From contig CATLGX010000001.1 in assembly GCA_949948785.1 (NCBI GenBank), positions 15,408 through 79,407 on the forward strand: DNA of 64,000 nucleotides, read 5' to 3'. Below the pieces are notes generated by a model. It was not told the origin of the DNA, did not search any database, and saw only the letters and a list, made by a program, of their open reading frames with translations. Of this stretch, positions 37,604 through 46,865 are shown piece by piece. The stretch comes from an uncultured Christensenella sp. (GTDB lineage Bacteria; Bacillota; Clostridia; Christensenellales; Pumilibacteraceae). Numbering within the stretch: position 1 is the stretch's first letter; each line of letters begins with the position of its first letter. The position numbers and the translations under genes were made by a program.

Positions 37604-38191
37604 ATGAAAAAGAAAGTTTGTCTTATTTTATCGGTTTTATTTTCGGCGTTATGCGCGGGTTGCGGGCCGTTTAATGTTGACGGTCCAAACGGAGTTTTTT
37701 TCGCCACGATAGAATATTTGTCTTTATCCGACGGTGAGCAATGTGTCGGAGGATATAATTCGTTTTTCAATGATGAAATAAATCCGCCGCGTATAGAGCT
37801 TGAAGTCGATAAAAAATACGATATACGGCTCTGGGTAGGAACTGTGTGTTTCGGATATAGCGGCGACACCTCTTGGTATCGAGACAAACATAAAAACGGA
37901 TTTAACCCCGATATAGATAAATTTGACAATAGGGAGTATGATTTATCGGAAAGCTATGAAATCGTTTTTGAATATGACGAGAATATAATGGCGGTGCAGA
38001 CAGAGCTGAAAGAAGAAACGAAAGTTAATAACGAAGATGAACCTACTGAAAAACATACTGTGTATAGCGTTATAGGAAAGGGAGTCGGAGAAACAAATTT
38101 TACCGCAGCCGTGTACAATAAAACGCAGAATAAAACGCTCATATACACCTATAATATGACATTGGTCTTTACTTCCGACGAAAGCTCCTAA
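37604..38191 (+). CDS. Lipoprotein, tandem paralogue 4
   Basis: LCAGC lipobox; same blocks; ends YTYNMTLVFTSD. Confidence 0.75.
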   Translation: MKKKVCLILSVLFSALCAGCGPFNVDGPNGVFFATIEYLSLSDGEQCVGGYNSFFNDEINPPRIELEVDKKYDIRLWVGTVCFGYSGDTSWYRDKHKNGFNPDIDKFDNREYDLSESYEIVFEYDENIMAVQTELKEETKVNNEDEPTEKHTVYSVIGKGVGETNFTAAVYNKTQNKTLIYTYNMTLVFTSDESS

Positions 38192-38212
38192 TAAACAAGC
38201 GAGATGTTAATT

Positions 38213-38410
38213 ATGAAAAAGATTGTTTGCGCCGTTGTTGCGGCGATGCTGTCAATATTATGCGTCGGGTGCGGAGACTCGAAGTCTGATATGCCGACAG
38301 CCCCGCGCTTATATTGAAAGATGTATTGTGGGGTTTGAGAACGATAAAGAATTTTTTGCGGAGTTTTATCGGTGCGGTCTCTTATGCCGTGCTTCGGTTG
38401 CAAAGGAGAC
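38213..38410 (+). pseudogene. Decayed lipoprotein paralogue 5 (and possibly a fragment of a 6th)
   Basis: MKKIVCAVVAAMLSILCVGCGDSKSD matches paralogue 2 and stops at 38317. IVGFENDKEF (cf. LLGFENNNQF) continues in another frame, followed by a PCFGC lipobox-like remnant. Confidence 0.7.
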
Positions 38411-38527
38411 ATGCCTGAAAACGCAGATGTTTACCGTGTTTGCGACGAAAAGCCGTTACCGTGCATCTTGCGGGTTTGCGGCGCAATTTGCGCGTTTATA
38501 CACTTGTTGCGAAATAGTATAATTATT

Positions 38528-38586
38528 ATTCCATATATTGTGGTAATTGTGGTAAAATTTTTTTAAAAACCACAATATATTGTGGT
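38528..38586 (+). promoter_or_regulatory. Two NrdR-box-like operators
   Basis: Perfect palindrome ACCACAATATATTGTGGT (38569-38586) and partial copy TTCCATATATTGTGGT (38529-38544) upstream of nrdD. Confidence 0.75.
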
Positions 38587-38593
38587 AAAAGGC

Positions 38594-38622
38594 TTGACAG
38601 TGCATTTGCGCTGTGTTATACT
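38594..38622 (+). promoter_or_regulatory. sigma70 promoter of nrdD
   Basis: TTGACA, 17 bp, TG-n-TATACT. Confidence 0.75.
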
Positions 38623-38662
38623 GACTCCACTGCGGTCAAAACGACCGTAAGCGGAGGGTTTC

Positions 38663-41041
38663 ATGTATAAAGTAGTCAAAAGAGACGGCAAGACGACCGA
38701 TTTCGATATCGCCAAAATCAGTCAGGCTATTCGCAAGGCATTCGACGCGCAGGGCAAGCAGTACAATAACGATATTATCGATTTGATTGCGCTTCGCGTT
38801 ACGTCCGATTTCGCGGACAAGGTTAAAGCCGAGCGCATTGCCGTCGAGGACATACAGGACAGTGTAGAGCGCGTACTTATTCAAGCGGGCTATGCCGACG
38901 TTGCCAAAGCGTACATACTGTATCGCAAACAGCGCGAAAAAATACGCAACATGAAGTCCACCATACTCGACTATAAAGAGCTTGTGGACAGCTATGTCAA
39001 GGCATCGGACTGGCGCGTCAAGGAAAATTCTACGGTTACGTATTCCGTCGGCGGACTTATTCTGTCCAATTCCGGCGCAATCACCGCCAACTATTGGCTG
39101 TCCGAAATTTACGATGACGAGATAGCGCAGGCGCACCGCACCGCCGACGTGCATATCCACGATTTGTCCATGCTCACGGGTTATTGCGCGGGCTGGTCGC
39201 TCCGTCAGCTCATTCAGGAAGGGCTGGGCGGAATACCCGGCAAGATAAGCAGTTCGCCCGCGAGCCATCTTGCGACGCTGTGCAATCAGATGGTCAACTT
39301 CCTCGGCATCATGCAGAACGAGTGGGCGGGCGCGCAGGCGTTTTCGTCGTTCGATACTTATCTTGCGCCGTTCGTCAAGGTGGATAATCTTTCCTACGGC
39401 GAAGTCAAAAAGTGCATAGAATCGTTTATTTACGGCGTGAACACGCCCTCGCGTTGGGGAACGCAGGCTCCGTTTTCCAACATTACTCTCGATTGGACGT
39501 GCCCTCCCGACCTTGCCGAGCAGCCCGCAAGCGTCGGCGGCCAGCCGCAGCCTTTCAAGTATAAAGACTGCAAGAAAGAGATGGACATGGTCAACAAGGC
39601 GTTTATCGAGATTATGATAGAAGGCGACGCCAACGGCCGCGGTTTCCAGTATCCCATTCCGACGTATTCCATTACGCGCGATTTCGACTGGTCGGCGACC
39701 GAGAACAACAAACTGTTATTCGAAATGGCGGCAAAATACGGCACGCCCTACTTCTCCAACTACATTAATTCGGATATGGAACCGTCGGACGTGCGAAGCA
39801 TGTGCTGCCGTCTCCGTCTCGATTTGCGCGAGCTTCGTAAAAAATCGGGCGGCTTCTTCGGTAGCGGCGAGAGCACCGGTTCTGTGGGCGTTGTTACGCT
39901 CAATATGCCGAGGCTCGCGTACCTTTCGGAAAACGAAGCGGACTTCTACAATCGTCTCGACAAGCTGATGGACGTTGCGGCGCGTTCGCTCAAAATCAAG
40001 CGCGACATAATAACCAAACTTATGAGCGAGGGTCTGTACCCTTATACGAAACGCTATCTCGGCACGTTCGACAATCACTTCTCGACGATAGGACTTGTCG
40101 GAATGAACGAGGCTTGTCTCAACGCCAAATGGCTCGGGTGCAACCTTATAGACAAGCGCGCTCAGGCGTTTGCGCAGGATGTTTTGAACCATATGCGCGA
40201 GCGGCTTGTGATTTATCAAGAGCAGTACGGCGACCTCTATAACCTCGAAGCGACGCCTGCGGAGTCTACGACGTACCGCCTCGCCAAGCACGATAAAGAA
40301 CGTTATCCCGACATTATAACCGCCAACGAGAACGGCACGCCGTATTACACCAACTCCTCGCACCTTCCCGTCGGCTATACCGAGGACGTATTCTCGGCGC
40401 TCGACATACAGGACGAACTGCAAACTCTTTATACGTCGGGCACGGTTTTCCACACTTTCCTCGGCGAAAAGCTGCCCGATTGGAAAGCGGCGGCAAAGCT
40501 CGTTCGCACGGTTGCCGAAAACTACCGTTTGCCGTACTTCACGCTGTCACCGACGTATTCGGTGTGCCGCGACCACGGCTATATAGCGGGCGAAGTTTAC
40601 GCTTGTCCCAAGTGCGGCAAAAAGACGGAGGTCAACAGCCGCATAACGGGTTATTACCGTCCCGTTCAGAACTGGAACGCCGGCAAAGAGCAGGAGTTCA
40701 AGGACAGAAAAGTTTACGATACGCAGAGGTATCAAACGCCGCATCCCGGTCATGCCGTCGACGCGCCGTGCTCGTGCAACGATATTCCGCACGTAACGGG
40801 CGAAAAGCATTACTCGCTGTTTACGACGCCGACGTGTCCCAATTGCAAGGTCGCTTTGCCCATGCTCAAAGATGCGGGAATTGACGTGGACGTAATAAAC
40901 GCCGTGCAAGACCCCGACAGCGCGGATAAATACGGAGTGAAACAAGCGCCGACGCTCATAGTATCGAACGGCGACGCCTATGATAAGTATGCGGGAATCG
41001 CCGCAATCAAGAAATATTTGGACGGAAGGAGCAATGTTTGA
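38663..41041 (+). CDS. nrdD: Anaerobic (class III) ribonucleoside-triphosphate reductase with ATP-cone and C-terminal glutaredoxin/NrdH-like domain
   Basis: VVKRDG ATP cone; HIHDL; SMCCRL finger loop; EATPAE; CxxH/CxxC metal site; RITGYY glycyl radical loop; C-terminal TTPTCPNC...VKQAPTL. Confidence 0.93.
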   Translation: MYKVVKRDGKTTDFDIAKISQAIRKAFDAQGKQYNNDIIDLIALRVTSDFADKVKAERIAVEDIQDSVERVLIQAGYADVAKAYILYRKQREKIRNMKSTILDYKELVDSYVKASDWRVKENSTVTYSVGGLILSNSGAITANYWLSEIYDDEIAQAHRTADVHIHDLSMLTGYCAGWSLRQLIQEGLGGIPGKISSSPASHLATLCNQMVNFLGIMQNEWAGAQAFSSFDTYLAPFVKVDNLSYGEVKKCIESFIYGVNTPSRWGTQAPFSNITLDWTCPPDLAEQPASVGGQPQPFKYKDCKKEMDMVNKAFIEIMIEGDANGRGFQYPIPTYSITRDFDWSATENNKLLFEMAAKYGTPYFSNYINSDMEPSDVRSMCCRLRLDLRELRKKSGGFFGSGESTGSVGVVTLNMPRLAYLSENEADFYNRLDKLMDVAARSLKIKRDIITKLMSEGLYPYTKRYLGTFDNHFSTIGLVGMNEACLNAKWLGCNLIDKRAQAFAQDVLNHMRERLVIYQEQYGDLYNLEATPAESTTYRLAKHDKERYPDIITANENGTPYYTNSSHLPVGYTEDVFSALDIQDELQTLYTSGTVFHTFLGEKLPDWKAAAKLVRTVAENYRLPYFTLSPTYSVCRDHGYIAGEVYACPKCGKKTEVNSRITGYYRPVQNWNAGKEQEFKDRKVYDTQRYQTPHPGHAVDAPCSCNDIPHVTGEKHYSLFTTPTCPNCKVALPMLKDAGIDVDVINAVQDPDSADKYGVKQAPTLIVSNGDAYDKYAGIAAIKKYLDGRSNV

Positions 41042-41924
41042 TTTTATAATAATAGGCGGCGGAACGGCGGGGCTTAGCTCTGCCGTTTACGCTTGCAGAG
41101 CGAATAAATCCACGCTCGTGCTCGAACGCGAGGCGTTCGGCGGACAGATAGTCGATTCGCCGATGGTGGAAAACTATCCCGGTATTAAGAATATTTCGGG
41201 CGCGCAGTTCGCTTCCGATTTGTTTGACCAGGCGGAAGCGGCGGGCGCGAGTTTTAAGTGCGAGACGGTAACGTCCGTAACGCGCAACGCCGACAGCATA
41301 ACCGTTACGACGGACGGCGGCAAGTACGAGGCGAAAGCCGTTGTTATTGCGGCGGGCTGCGAACATCGCCGTCTCGGGATTTACGGCGAGGATATGCTGA
41401 TAGGCGCGGGCGTAAGCTATTGCGCGCTTTGCGACGGCGCTTTTTTCAAGGGTAAGACGGTCGCTGTCGTCGGCGGCGGCAACGCGGCAATTTCGGACGC
41501 GCTCTATCTTTCGGGGCTGTGCAAGACGGTATACGTTATTCACCGCCGCGACGAATTCCGCGCGGAGCCGACGACCGTAGAACGGTTGAGACAGCTCAAT
41601 ACCGTGCGTTTTATAACCAATGCCGTCGTTTCGGGCTTAAAGGGCGACGAAGCGCTGACGGGTGCCGAGCTTACGGTAAACGGCAAAAAACAGAACCTCG
41701 ATATCGACGGTTTGTTCGTTGCGATAGGGCAGCAACCCGATAACGGCGCGTTCGGCGTTAAACTGGACGACGCGGGATATATAGTTGCCGACGAACGCTG
41801 CCGCACGAACGTAAAGGGGATTTACGCGGCGGGCGACTGCCGTCAAAAGAGCGTGCGCCAGCTCACCACTGCCGCCGCCGACGGCGCGATAGCCGTTTCC
41901 ACGGCTTTGGAAGAAATATTTTAA
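41034..41924 (+). CDS. trxB: Thioredoxin-disulfide reductase
   Basis: IIGGGTAGL, ENYPG, GVSYCALCDG, GGGNAA and AAGDC; overlaps the nrdD stop. Confidence 0.92.
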   Translation: MFDFIIIGGGTAGLSSAVYACRANKSTLVLEREAFGGQIVDSPMVENYPGIKNISGAQFASDLFDQAEAAGASFKCETVTSVTRNADSITVTTDGGKYEAKAVVIAAGCEHRRLGIYGEDMLIGAGVSYCALCDGAFFKGKTVAVVGGGNAAISDALYLSGLCKTVYVIHRRDEFRAEPTTVERLRQLNTVRFITNAVVSGLKGDEALTGAELTVNGKKQNLDIDGLFVAIGQQPDNGAFGVKLDDAGYIVADERCRTNVKGIYAAGDCRQKSVRQLTTAAADGAIAVSTALEEIF

Positions 41925-41939
41925 CCGCCGTCGTGCCTT

Positions 41940-43775
41940 ATGGATTTTTTTCAGAGCGACAATTTCAACGCCGAAGAAATAGCCGAGGAGCGCGAGCCTT
42001 TAAAGCGGACGCTCGAAGCGATACGGAATCGGATTTCCGCGCTTGAAAACGACGGGTTCGATTATCGTTCGGTCGATATGTACGACGAACGCGATATAGA
42101 AGAGTACCGCACCGATAAGTTCCGCCACGACGCGCGGCGGCGTGAAATCGAGATACTCGAAAACGCGCGCTCTACTCCTTACTTCGCGCGCATGAAGTTG
42201 AAACAAATAAATGCGGTAAAGCGTTCGGATTCGCCGTCCATGACGAAGGCGCGGTCGCTGTCCGATTTCGACGTTATGCCGGTCGAGGCGGATATTTACG
42301 TTGGCGCGAACGTCATATATTACAAAGACAAAATTATCGTATATTCGCACAACTCTCCGCTCGGCAACCGCATATACGACAGGTTCGAGAACGGAGCGAT
42401 TGAGTACGGCGGATACGAGTACGAAGTTATTTTCCGCCGCAAGTTCGATATTCGCGGCGGAGTTCTTCACGCCGTTTTTCAGGATTATTCCAAGGAGAAC
42501 GGCGGCGTCGTGTACGACAAATTTCTGGCGCACATGCTTGCCGTCAAGCGCGGCGATAAACGTTTGACCGATATAATCCCGACGATACAAGCAAATCAAA
42601 ACGCGATAATAACGCGTCCCGCCGACGAGAACTGCGTCGTCGCGGGTTGCGCGGGTTGCGGTAAAACGATGATACTTTTGCAACGGCTGGAATACCTTTC
42701 GTTCAACAGGAAAATTGAGCTTGACAACGCGCTTGTCGTTTGTCCGTCGAAAAGATATATAGAGCATATTCAGCCCGTCGTCGACGACCTGATGATTGGC
42801 GCGGCGGCACGGCTCACGCTCGGCGAGCTGTACAAATCGCTTATTCTGTCCATGTCCGGCGTGCATTCGCGCGTGAGGCGCAAACTCGCGGCGGACGTTT
42901 CGAGCGACGCAAATCTCTCCGCCGCGACGGTAAAAGCGTGTTACGGCGACGGCGTAAAGCGCAAGCTGATTGCGGCGCTGAAACCCGTCAAGCACGCGTA
43001 CTCGGCGCGGCTCGAAGAATATCGCAGACGGCTTTCCGCGTACGAGTCGGAACTCGGTTGGGCGCGTAATGCGCGAGTGGCGTCTTCCGCCGAAAAACCC
43101 AAAGCGCCGACCGTAGACGTCGAACTCGAAAAGTTCGCGTTTCTTCCGCCGCTCGGTTCGGGACTGAGCAAAGCCAAGCTGTATCTTTTGCTCACGGCGT
43201 ATTGCTATATTCTCGGAAAGCCGAGATTCGATAAGGCGCTGTTCATAGATGAGGGGCAGGAGTATTATTTAAACGAATACAGACTGCTTGCGGAATGCAC
43301 GCGCGCGACCGTAAACGTATACGGCGACGAAAATCAACAGCTCGACTCGGAATGCGGGATAGGCGATTTTGCCGCCCTCGGCGAGCTGTGGGATATTTCG
43401 CGGTACTCGCTTAACGAGAACTACCGCAATGCGCGCGAGATAACGGCGTATGTCAATACGTTGCTCGGTATGGATGTAACGTCGCTCGGGCTTGACGGCG
43501 GAACGGTAGGGCATATAGATTACGACGGGCTTGCCGAAGCGGTAAACGCGGCGCGGTCGCGCGGCAACCGCGTTGCGGTTATTTATTCGCCGGATGACAA
43601 GACGGCGGAGGCGGCTGTTCGAGGCTTGAACGCGGACGGGTGCGTATGCACGGTAAAAGAGTGCAAGGGCTTGGAATACGAATGCGTATTCGCGTGCGGG
43701 GAAATGAGCGCGCGGGAACGGTACGTCGCGTATACGCGCGCGCTTTCCGAACTGTATATTTGTTCGGATAAATAA
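41940..43775 (+). CDS. HelD-like / UvrD superfamily I ATPase (RNA polymerase recycling factor family)
   Basis: PYFARM, DIIPTIQANQNAII, GCAGCGKT, IDEGQE, GDENQ, ENYRN and KGLEY...YVAYTRAL. Confidence 0.78.
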   Translation: MDFFQSDNFNAEEIAEEREPLKRTLEAIRNRISALENDGFDYRSVDMYDERDIEEYRTDKFRHDARRREIEILENARSTPYFARMKLKQINAVKRSDSPSMTKARSLSDFDVMPVEADIYVGANVIYYKDKIIVYSHNSPLGNRIYDRFENGAIEYGGYEYEVIFRRKFDIRGGVLHAVFQDYSKENGGVVYDKFLAHMLAVKRGDKRLTDIIPTIQANQNAIITRPADENCVVAGCAGCGKTMILLQRLEYLSFNRKIELDNALVVCPSKRYIEHIQPVVDDLMIGAAARLTLGELYKSLILSMSGVHSRVRRKLAADVSSDANLSAATVKACYGDGVKRKLIAALKPVKHAYSARLEEYRRRLSAYESELGWARNARVASSAEKPKAPTVDVELEKFAFLPPLGSGLSKAKLYLLLTAYCYILGKPRFDKALFIDEGQEYYLNEYRLLAECTRATVNVYGDENQQLDSECGIGDFAALGELWDISRYSLNENYRNAREITAYVNTLLGMDVTSLGLDGGTVGHIDYDGLAEAVNAARSRGNRVAVIYSPDDKTAEAAVRGLNADGCVCTVKECKGLEYECVFACGEMSARERYVAYTRALSELYICSDK

Positions 43776-43888
43776 ATAGTACACGATATCTCATCGAATA
43801 AAGTCTTTTTCGCAATCTTTAAATGATTGCAAATTCGACAAAAACGTGCTAAAATAAACATGCACAAAATTTTACTATCGGAGACGGT

Positions 43889-45247
43889 ATGATACAGGAA
43901 GAATGCGGCGTATTCGGCGCGTACGATTTTGACGGCAAGGACGTCGGCGCGGATATCTATCACGGTTTGTATACATTACAGCACCGCGGTCAGGAAAGTT
44001 GCGGCATAGTTACCAACGATTACGTCAGGCTGTACAGCGTAAAAGGCAAAGGACTTGTCAACGAGGTGTTTACGAAGGACAACCTCGGCACGCTCAAAGG
44101 TAAGATAGGCGTCGGACATGTGCGTTACGGCGCTGGCGAGGACGAGGCAGTCCCCCCCATACAGTCGCGGTATTGCAAGGGTACGATGACGCTTGCAATG
44201 AACGGGCATATATACAATTACGAACAGCTCCGCTCGGAGCTTGAACAGCGCGGCGCGATTTTCCAATCGACATCGCACGCGGAAATGGTCATGAACATGA
44301 TAGCGGTCGCGCGCACCAAGACGCACAGCGCGGAAGAAGCGGTGCTGTCCGCGATAAAGCGGCTCAAAGGCGCGTACTCGATAGTGTTGATGTCGCCCAA
44401 AAAACTGATTGCCGTGCGCGACCCGCTCGGTATACGCCCGCTGTCCGTAGGAAAGCGCGGCAACAGATATTACATAGCGTCGGAAACTGCGGCTTTCGAA
44501 GTGATACGCGCCGAGCGTTTGTTCGACGTTTTGCCGGGCGAACTTATCAAAATCGACGAGACGGGCGTAAACCATTATACCGAATACGTGGGAAAGGTTC
44601 AACCTGCACACTGCGTATTCGAGCACGTGTACTTCGCCCGCCCCGACAGTTATCTCGACGGCGCAAACGTGTACTGCGCGCGCGTCGGCATAGGCAGAGA
44701 GCTTTATAAAGCGTGTCCCGCGGAAGCCGATATGGTTATCGGCGTACCCAGTTCGGGACTTCATTTCGCGCTCGGCTATTCGTACGAGAGCGGCATTCCG
44801 TACGGGGACGGGCTGGTCAAAAATTCGTACGTCGGCAGAACGTTTATAAAAAGCACCGACGAAGCGCGGTACGAGGCGGTGCACATTAAACTGAGCGCGT
44901 TGAAAGGCGCAATCGAAGGTAAGGATATCGTTATGGTCGACGACTCGATAGTCCGCGGCACGACGTGCGCCAACCTCGTAAGGCTGATTAAAGACGGCGG
45001 CGCGCGCAAAGTACATATGCGTATAGCGTCTCCTCCGTTTCTTTTCCCCTGCAAGTTCGGCACGGATATTCCCGACCGTTCGCAGCTTCTCGCGGCGCGC
45101 ATGACGATTGAACAAATGCGCGAGCATATAGGCGCGGATTCGCTCGGATTCTTACCCGTCGACGCGTTCGCGCGCGTCGGCTTGAAGCCCGAAGAATATT
45201 GCAGCGCGTGCTTTACGGGCAAAAATCCCGACGAATGCGAGATATGA
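43889..45247 (+). CDS. purF: Amidophosphoribosyltransferase
   Basis: EECGVFG, LQHRGQE, GHVRY, FEHVYFARPDS and VDDSIVRGTT. Confidence 0.95.
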   Translation: MIQEECGVFGAYDFDGKDVGADIYHGLYTLQHRGQESCGIVTNDYVRLYSVKGKGLVNEVFTKDNLGTLKGKIGVGHVRYGAGEDEAVPPIQSRYCKGTMTLAMNGHIYNYEQLRSELEQRGAIFQSTSHAEMVMNMIAVARTKTHSAEEAVLSAIKRLKGAYSIVLMSPKKLIAVRDPLGIRPLSVGKRGNRYYIASETAAFEVIRAERLFDVLPGELIKIDETGVNHYTEYVGKVQPAHCVFEHVYFARPDSYLDGANVYCARVGIGRELYKACPAEADMVIGVPSSGLHFALGYSYESGIPYGDGLVKNSYVGRTFIKSTDEARYEAVHIKLSALKGAIEGKDIVMVDDSIVRGTTCANLVRLIKDGGARKVHMRIASPPFLFPCKFGTDIPDRSQLLAARMTIEQMREHIGADSLGFLPVDAFARVGLKPEEYCSACFTGKNPDECEI

Positions 45248-45990
45248 CGCGGAAAGACGACGGCGCGAGCGTAACCGAAAGCGCGCGCGAACGTTTTAAA
45301 AGAACGCTTAACGACCGCGCGCAAGCTATTAAATGCGTGCGTAACGACGTTTTCACGGTAAAATACTGGCAGCTCGCGCTCAACTTCGTATTGAGCGCGA
45401 GCGCTGTTGTTTTGCTCGTAGTCTCGCTGACGGGTGCCGGCGTAACCGCTATCGCCTGTCTTATCGCCTCGCTCGCCGCGGTAATTGTTACCGTTGTGTT
45501 CAACGTTGCGCTCCGTGCGATAAGTCCGATGAGTTTTTTGCAGTACACCGCCGTCGAAAAGGATAGGCGCTATTGTTTTCAAATACTCGGGAAACGTCGT
45601 TCGCTGTTTTACGACGGCGAAACCGCGGTGGAGTTCGACCGTTCGGAATACGTAAAATCGGACGCCGCGCTTTTTCCTCGGTACCGTTTCGATTTTTTCA
45701 AAGACATGGAGCCGGACGTAAGAATAGGCAAGGCGGACAGAGAAATATATAAGGGCAGACTTACCGAGGGCGGTAAGACGTATAAGTGCAAGATAGTGTT
45801 TAAGGACGGCGTGCCGTACGTCGGTACGGTGGGCGGCGCGCGCATAAAATATTTCGACGTCAATTCGACGAAAGAAAAGTTTGTCGTGCCCGACGGATTG
45901 AGAAACGCGGCGGACGCGTTCGGCGTGCCGTTTCCAAAACTCGCAGGCGTGCACGTAATTGATTCTCACGCCGATATGATGAAGCAGTAA
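45244..45990 (+). CDS. Hypothetical membrane protein (2 TM)
   Basis: ATGA overlap with the purF stop; two hydrophobic helices; host-like codon use. Confidence 0.65.
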   Translation: MTRKDDGASVTESARERFKRTLNDRAQAIKCVRNDVFTVKYWQLALNFVLSASAVVLLVVSLTGAGVTAIACLIASLAAVIVTVVFNVALRAISPMSFLQYTAVEKDRRYCFQILGKRRSLFYDGETAVEFDRSEYVKSDAALFPRYRFDFFKDMEPDVRIGKADREIYKGRLTEGGKTYKCKIVFKDGVPYVGTVGGARIKYFDVNSTKEKFVVPDGLRNAADAFGVPFPKLAGVHVIDSHADMMKQ

Positions 45991-45998
45991 TCGGGAAA

Positions 45999-46862
45999 TC
46001 AGGAATTTTCAATCATGTGTTCGGCATATATGCCTGCGACGTTAATGTTCGTTGCCTGCTCGAACGCGTCGAAAAACGCGTTGGAATTGACCTCGCAAAC
46101 GAGCGGAGTTTCGCCGAGCAGAAAATCTATTCCGCAATAGTCAAGACCGAGCGTTGCCGCCGTTTTTTGTGCGATTGCGGCGATGTCGCTCGGAACGTCG
46201 CACTTTTCCGCTTTTCCGCCCAAGCCGATGTTGGAGCGGAAGTCGACAGCGGACGAGCGTATAATCGCGCCGACGGTTTTTCCGCCTATTACGATTACGC
46301 GCATATCTTTTCCGAAAGAGCTTGATATAAATTTTTGAAAAAGGTGAGGATATAACTTGACCTTTTCCGCGAGCGCGTTCAGTTCGTCTCGATTTTCCGC
46401 TTTGAAAACGCCGCCGCCCTGCGAGCCGTACGAAAATTTGACGACGATTGGATAGCCCAGACGTTCTTGCACTCTGTCGAGGTATTTTGCGTCGGGCGTT
46501 GCGTCTCTGTAATAGCATAAAAGCCCCGGAACGGTTTCGGGCATCGGTATTCCGTTGCCGTCGAGCGCGATATGCGTAAGCATTTTGTCGTCGCAAATTT
46601 CGATGGCGTGAGCGCTGTTAAACAGCTTTACGCCGCGCTTTTCGAGAATTTCCGCCGCGTACTTATCCTTGTCGAGAAACACGCAAAAATCGCAGTCGGG
46701 GAGAGAATCGTTCCCGACTGCGAGCGGATAAAACCCGTTGCGTTCTGTTTTTACGTCCGCGCCGCGTGCGGCAAGCTCCTGCGCGAGCCGTTTTACCTGA
46801 CGAGTGTAAAGTTCGCGGGCATAAGCATTGACGAGTATTAGCGCTTTTTTCCGTTTTTTCAT
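45999..46862 (-). CDS. RimK family alpha-L-glutamate ligase (ATP-grasp)
   Basis: CDDKMLT, GSQGGGV, DFRSNIGLGG, YCGIDFL and EVNSNA. Confidence 0.88.
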   Translation of the reverse strand: MKKRKKALILVNAYARELYTRQVKRLAQELAARGADVKTERNGFYPLAVGNDSLPDCDFCVFLDKDKYAAEILEKRGVKLFNSAHAIEICDDKMLTHIALDGNGIPMPETVPGLLCYYRDATPDAKYLDRVQERLGYPIVVKFSYGSQGGGVFKAENRDELNALAEKVKLYPHLFQKFISSSFGKDMRVIVIGGKTVGAIIRSSAVDFRSNIGLGGKAEKCDVPSDIAAIAQKTAATLGLDYCGIDFLLGETPLVCEVNSNAFFDAFEQATNINVAGIYAEHMIENS

Positions 46863-46865
46863 CTA

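Noticed and set aside
35601-38290. Repeated units as a possible CRISPR array or integron
   Set aside because: The repeats are RBS, signal-peptide and C-terminal coding sequence spaced hundreds of bp apart; no cas genes, integrase or attC-like structure.
38372-38566. Cys-rich 64-aa ORF as the rSAM precursor peptide
   Set aside because: Its PCFGC start resembles a decayed lipobox of the array, it has no clear RBS, and it runs into the nrdD operator region. It is not fully excluded.
40627-40660. EVNSRITGYY in NrdD instead of the commoner EVYSRITGY
   Set aside because: A single substitution outside the radical glycine; cannot distinguish a variant from a sequencing error.
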